Shown one piece after another: positions 60,252 to 64,000 of a DNA stretch of 64,000 nucleotides; position 1 is the stretch's first letter, and each line of letters starts with the position of its first letter. The stretch covers positions 1,600,001 to 1,664,000 of the forward strand of contig OZ240241.1 of the NCBI GenBank assembly GCA_965198115.1, read 5' to 3'. This stretch comes from Candidatus Latescibacterota bacterium (GTDB taxonomy: Bacteria > Latescibacterota > UBA2968). The notes below the pieces were generated by a model. It did no database searches and was not told the DNA's origin. It saw only the letters and a list, made by a program, of their open reading frames with translations. Position numbers and translations under genes: made by a program.

Positions 60252-61130
60252 TTAGACGCGATTTTTCGGGCCAGAATCCGGGCTCAGAATCAGGTTGTCG
60301 ATCAGCCTCGCTCGCCCGAACCGCACGGCTGTCGCCAGCAGTGTGGGGGCCTGAATCCTGGACACGGGCTGAAGGGTCTCGAGATCGACCGCTTCCACGT
60401 AGTCGACGTCTCCCACTCTCTTCAGCGCCTCCCGAACGGCGGCGACCACGCGATCTCCCCGACGCTCCCCGACCTCGACGGTCGCCGCACCCGCTTGAAG
60501 CGCGTGATACAGGAGCGGGGCGACGCGGCGTTCCTCTGCGCTCAGATACGCATTGCGGGAACTCCTCGCCAAACCGTCGCTCTCCCTGATCGTCGGTGAC
60601 ACAAGGACTTCCACGTCGAAACCGAGATCGGCAGCCAAACGCTCGATGACTTTGGCCTGCTGTGCGTCCTTTTGACCGAACACCGCAAAGTGCGGCTTGA
60701 CCGCGATGAACAGCTTGGTCACGACTGTTGTCACACCCGCGAAATGCCCGGGCCGCGACGCCCCGCAAAGGTGGTCGGTCAGCCCGAGGACCTCGACCTG
60801 GCTGGTGAACGCCTCGGGATAGATCTCGGCCAGGTCGGGGGCAAAAATCGCGTCGACGCCGGCTCGTTCGATCCACGCACGGTCGGTTTCAAAGTCGCGA
60901 GGGTAGCTGGCGAAATCTTCTGCGGGGCCGAATTGCTTGGGATTGACGAAAACCGTGGCGACGGTGCGATCCGCCACGCGAACCGCACGCTCGATCAGGC
61001 TCAGGTGGCCGCCGTGGAGCGCCCCCATCGTCGGGACGCAGCCGACGCGGAGACCTTCGCATCGCCACGCCTCGGACAGTCGCTGCATCTCCCGAACCGA
61101 CCGGATCACGCGGAGGGGGTCACGGCCCAC
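60252..61130 (-). CDS. panC: Pantoate-beta-alanine ligase
   Basis: [32 protein letters not shown]. Confidence 0.96.
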   Translation of the reverse strand: MGRDPLRVIRSVREMQRLSEAWRCEGLRVGCVPTMGALHGGHLSLIERAVRVADRTVATVFVNPKQFGPAEDFASYPRDFETDRAWIERAGVDAIFAPDLAEIYPEAFTSQVEVLGLTDHLCGASRPGHFAGVTTVVTKLFIAVKPHFAVFGQKDAQQAKVIERLAADLGFDVEVLVSPTIRESDGLARSSRNAYLSAEERRVAPLLYHALQAGAATVEVGERRGDRVVAAVREALKRVGDVDYVEAVDLETLQPVSRIQAPTLLATAVRFGRARLIDNLILSPDSGPKNRV

Positions 61131-61875
61131 CGGGGAAACGCCTCTCCTTCACGTCCTCGCGGTAGCGTCTGGCCGCTTTCGCCGTGACCTCGAACAGATC
61201 CGCATACTTCCGTACGAAGGAGGGCACGCTTTCGTGCTGACCCAGCACGTCGGTAATCACCAGCACCTGCCCGTCGCACTCGCTTCCCGCTCCGATGCCG
61301 ATCGTCGGAACGTCGACCCTCGCCGTGATGTCCTGCGCCGTCTGGTGGGACATGAACTCCAGCACGATCGCGTAGCACCCCGCGTCGGCCAGACGCTCGG
61401 CCTGACGACCGATCCGTGCGGCGGATTCGGGTTTCGTTCCCTGACGCACCGTGCGTTTTGCGGTCTGGGGGAGCAGCCCCACGTGCCCCATGACGGGAAT
61501 GTCCGCGGCCACGAGTCTTTCCACAACCTCGACCCTAGGGCCCTCCAACTTGACGCTGTTCGCGCCAGCGTCGATCAACGCCCGTGCCGAAGCGAGCGCG
61601 TCCTCTGGATTCTCGTAGCTGCCGAAGGGTAGATCGGCGAGCAAATGGGTCGACTCGATCCCCCGCGCCACCGCCTCCACGTGATGTAGCATCATCTCCA
61701 GACTCAGATCCGACGTCCGCTCGAGCCCCAGTTCATTCTGCGCAACCGAGTCTCCGACCAGGAGGATGTCCAGACCGCTCGCGTCCAACGCTCTGGCGGT
61801 CGGGAAATCGTAGACCGTCAGCATGGCAACGGGCTCTCTTCCCTTCATGTCCCGAATGTCCTGGGCAGATTTCAT
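61120..61875 (-). CDS. panB: 3-methyl-2-oxobutanoate hydroxymethyltransferase
   Basis: LLVGDS, ADLPFGSY, VKLEG, GHVGLLPQ, IGIGAG..CDGQVLV. Confidence 0.95.
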   Translation of the reverse strand: MKSAQDIRDMKGREPVAMLTVYDFPTARALDASGLDILLVGDSVAQNELGLERTSDLSLEMMLHHVEAVARGIESTHLLADLPFGSYENPEDALASARALIDAGANSVKLEGPRVEVVERLVAADIPVMGHVGLLPQTAKRTVRQGTKPESAARIGRQAERLADAGCYAIVLEFMSHQTAQDITARVDVPTIGIGAGSECDGQVLVITDVLGQHESVPSFVRKYADLFEVTAKAARRYREDVKERRFPGGP

Positions 61876-61883
61876 GGCACCGA

Positions 61884-62527
61884 TCAGACACTCACCTGTG
61901 TCGGCTGATAGTAGCGTGTACCTGCTGGCGGGGCGCTCACCTGCTCCAACAGGGCCTCGAAGTCCTCGGGGCGATGGGCAAAGTCCACCTGCGAGACATT
62001 CACGACCAGAAGCGGCGACTGCCGGTAGTGAAAGAAGAAGTGCGTGTAGGCTTCGTTCAACCGCGCAAGATACGTATCGGTGATGGCGCGCTCGTAGCCC
62101 CGCCCCCGACTGCGAATCCTGCGGGTCAGATTTTCCACCGTATCCTGCAGAAAAATAACAAGATCGGGCCTAGGAATCCGATCGTCGAGGGTCTCGGCGA
62201 GCCGATCGTAGAGCGCCAACTCGGCCTCGCCCAGCGTCACGTGGGCGTAGATTCCCTCCCGGCCGAACAGACACGTCGACACGACCTGCGATCTGAACAG
62301 ATCGAGCTGATGGAGACTTTGCAACTGACGGTGTAGCGATTGAGAAGATAAAAAACCTGAGTCTGGAACCCGAATCGATCGAGGTCCTCGTAGAACAACG
62401 GTAGAAAGGGGTTGTCATCCGGATCTTCGGCCTCGAGACGAGCCCCCATGCGGGTGGCCAGCATCTGCGCCAAATGGCGTTTGCCGACCCCGGTGACTCC
62501 TTCTACGACGACGTATCGAACGGACAA
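61884..62527 (-). pseudogene. Deoxynucleoside kinase with frameshift at ~62332
   Basis: EGVTGVGK, NPFLPLFY, TQVFYLLNRY in one frame; RQLQSL...RGRGYE in another. Confidence 0.85.
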
Positions 62528-62545
62528 CAGGCCACCCTTCGAATG

Positions 62546-63052
62546 TCACGCCTCGATGAGAACGACCTCGGGGACCGGCTCCATCGAAGAAGCGTCCACA
62601 AGGGACAACAAGTCGGCGACGGTGCGCCGCACGATGGGATGCACCAGGTGGGGATTCAGATCGCAGAGCGGCTGGAGTACGAACGCCCGTTCGTGCGCGT
62701 GGGGATGCGGGACGGACAGACCCGGAAGCTCGATGACGGAGTCGCCGTGGAACAGGATGTCGAGATCCAAAACCCGCGGCCCCCACCTCTCCTTCCGAAC
62801 GCGGCCGAACACCAGCTCCGTCTTTAAGAAAACGTCGAGCAGGGCTCTGGGTTCGAGCGTCGACTCCAGCTCGAGCACGCCGTTCATAAAGGCCGGCTGA
62901 TCCTGAGGGCCAATCGGAGGATTCCGATAGACCGGTGAGGCGCGAACAACACGGATGCCGGACTCTCTTTGAAGTGCCGTAGTCGCCGACCGGAGCGTCG
63001 CTCCAGGATTCCCGATGTTGCCACCCAACCCAGCGTAGACGATGGCACTCAA
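62546..63052 (-). CDS. folK: 6-hydroxymethyl-7,8-dihydropterin pyrophosphokinase
   Basis: GLGGNIG, RWGPRVLDLDIL, PHP..HERAFVL. Confidence 0.95.
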   Translation of the reverse strand: MSAIVYAGLGGNIGNPGATLRSATTALQRESGIRVVRASPVYRNPPIGPQDQPAFMNGVLELESTLEPRALLDVFLKTELVFGRVRKERWGPRVLDLDILFHGDSVIELPGLSVPHPHAHERAFVLQPLCDLNPHLVHPIVRRTVADLLSLVDASSMEPVPEVVLIEA

Positions 63053-63441
63053 GAGGGGGTTCGACCCGACCGGCGGACCTCGACCTCGACACCGTCGAAC
63101 TGACCCTCTACAGGGGGATCGGGTTTACGCACGCGCACGACGACGCCACCCACGTCGAACTGCGTCAGAATCGCGTCCGCGATCCGATCGGCCAGCGACT
63201 CGACCAAACCGTAGCGCTCCCCCGTCACGATCTGCTCGGCCAGGGCGAAAACCCCGGGATAGTCGACCACCCCCTCCACGCCCGAAACATCGGGACTGGG
63301 GCCCAGTTCGCGCGTGCCATCGAAGGACGATTCGATTTCCACATCGACCTCGAACCGCTGTCCGAGCCGGCCCTCTTCTGCAAAAAGACCGTGATACCCG
63401 TAAAACCGCATGTTCCGGATGCGAAGCCAATCCCCAGCCAT
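63049..63441 (-). CDS. folB: Dihydroneopterin aldolase
   Basis: FYGYHG..EE...GQRFEVD, VDY, LVESLA, VRKP. Confidence 0.92.
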   Translation of the reverse strand: MAGDWLRIRNMRFYGYHGLFAEEGRLGQRFEVDVEIESSFDGTRELGPSPDVSGVEGVVDYPGVFALAEQIVTGERYGLVESLADRIADAILTQFDVGGVVVRVRKPDPPVEGQFDGVEVEVRRSGRTPS

Positions 63442-63496
63442 AGGTGGAATATTTCGGTCACCCGATGCGGAGTCAAGGACAAACTCTGTCTCGATT

Positions 63497-64000
63497 TCAG
63501 GGCGAAAACGGGAGTTCGGAGACGGTCGCCGACCCATCCTCTCCCAGACGGAGCGGCGTCCCCGGAACCTCGTTCCCCCGCCGAACCGAGGCCAGGGCGA
63601 TCGTGCGGCCGAGGGCTCTCGATCGAGTCGAGGATCGTACGTCGCCCACCTCCTTCTCCCCGTTGAAAACCGGCGTTCCGCGGTTCGGCGGTCGGCCGGA
63701 CCCGACCTCGAGCCCGACCAGATAGCGTCTGGGCTTCCCCAGGTTTTGCATCTTTGCCAGTGTTTCCTGCCCGATGAAACACCCCTTCGTGAACGACACG
63801 GTATCCGCCAGCCCCCCTTCTAGTGGGACGACACGGTCGTCGACATCGACACCGTAGCGGGGATGGCCGCGCTCGATCCTCCGGAGCTCCACAGCTCCGA
63901 ACCCCGCGGGTCTTGCCCCCGCCTCCACGAGTCGGGTCCACGTAGCTTCCCCCTCCTCGGCCGGTAGCCACACATCGAACCCTAGATCGGCCGCGTAGCC
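63497..64000 (-). CDS. YgfZ/GcvT-family folate-binding protein, 5'-truncated by the window edge
   Basis: RIERG, SFTKGCFIGQE motif. Confidence 0.85.
   Translation of the reverse strand, partial: GYAADLGFDVWLPAEEGEATWTRLVEAGARPAGFGAVELRRIERGHPRYGVDVDDRVVPLEGGLADTVSFTKGCFIGQETLAKMQNLGKPRRYLVGLEVGSGRPPNRGTPVFNGEKEVGDVRSSTRSRALGRTIALASVRRGNEVPGTPLRLGEDGSATVSELPFSP

Overview
GC-rich bacterial window, probably from an FCB-superphylum organism such as Candidatus Latescibacterota. This is inferred from the many sulfatases, the GWxTD, WG-repeat and lamin-tail proteins, and a DGGGP-synthase-like UbiA. Bases 1-25 kb are a catabolic accessory region: five Cys-type sulfatases, uronate isomerase, creatininase, nitrilase, class III aminotransferase, Gfo/Idh/MocA and a CE7 esterase. 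It also carries an HUH (IS200/RAYT-like) transposase flanked by paired TGAA-loop hairpin repeats, plus several other REP-like and heptamer repeats. Bases 23-29.5 kb and 44-47 kb hold four near-identical 1420-bp ISL3 copies: one splits an esterase, one caps a four-layer IS nest (IS630<IS256<ISAzo13<ISL3) at a deletion junction, and two form a tandem dimer sharing one target duplication. The rest is largely housekeeping: tsaD, XPB helicase, DGGGPS-like prenyltransferase, HU, ligA, tRNA-Ala(GGC), dusA and a plant-HPR1-like dehydrogenase. It ends in a long minus-strand Fe-S/oxidative-stress run (IOR, Rieske, lipA, miaB, queG, a Cys-depleted IscU, nuoI, rny, erpA, Prx, sodA) and pan/fol genes. Several genes have small frameshifts, either assembly indels or decay. 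All calls come from motif reading; no database search was run.
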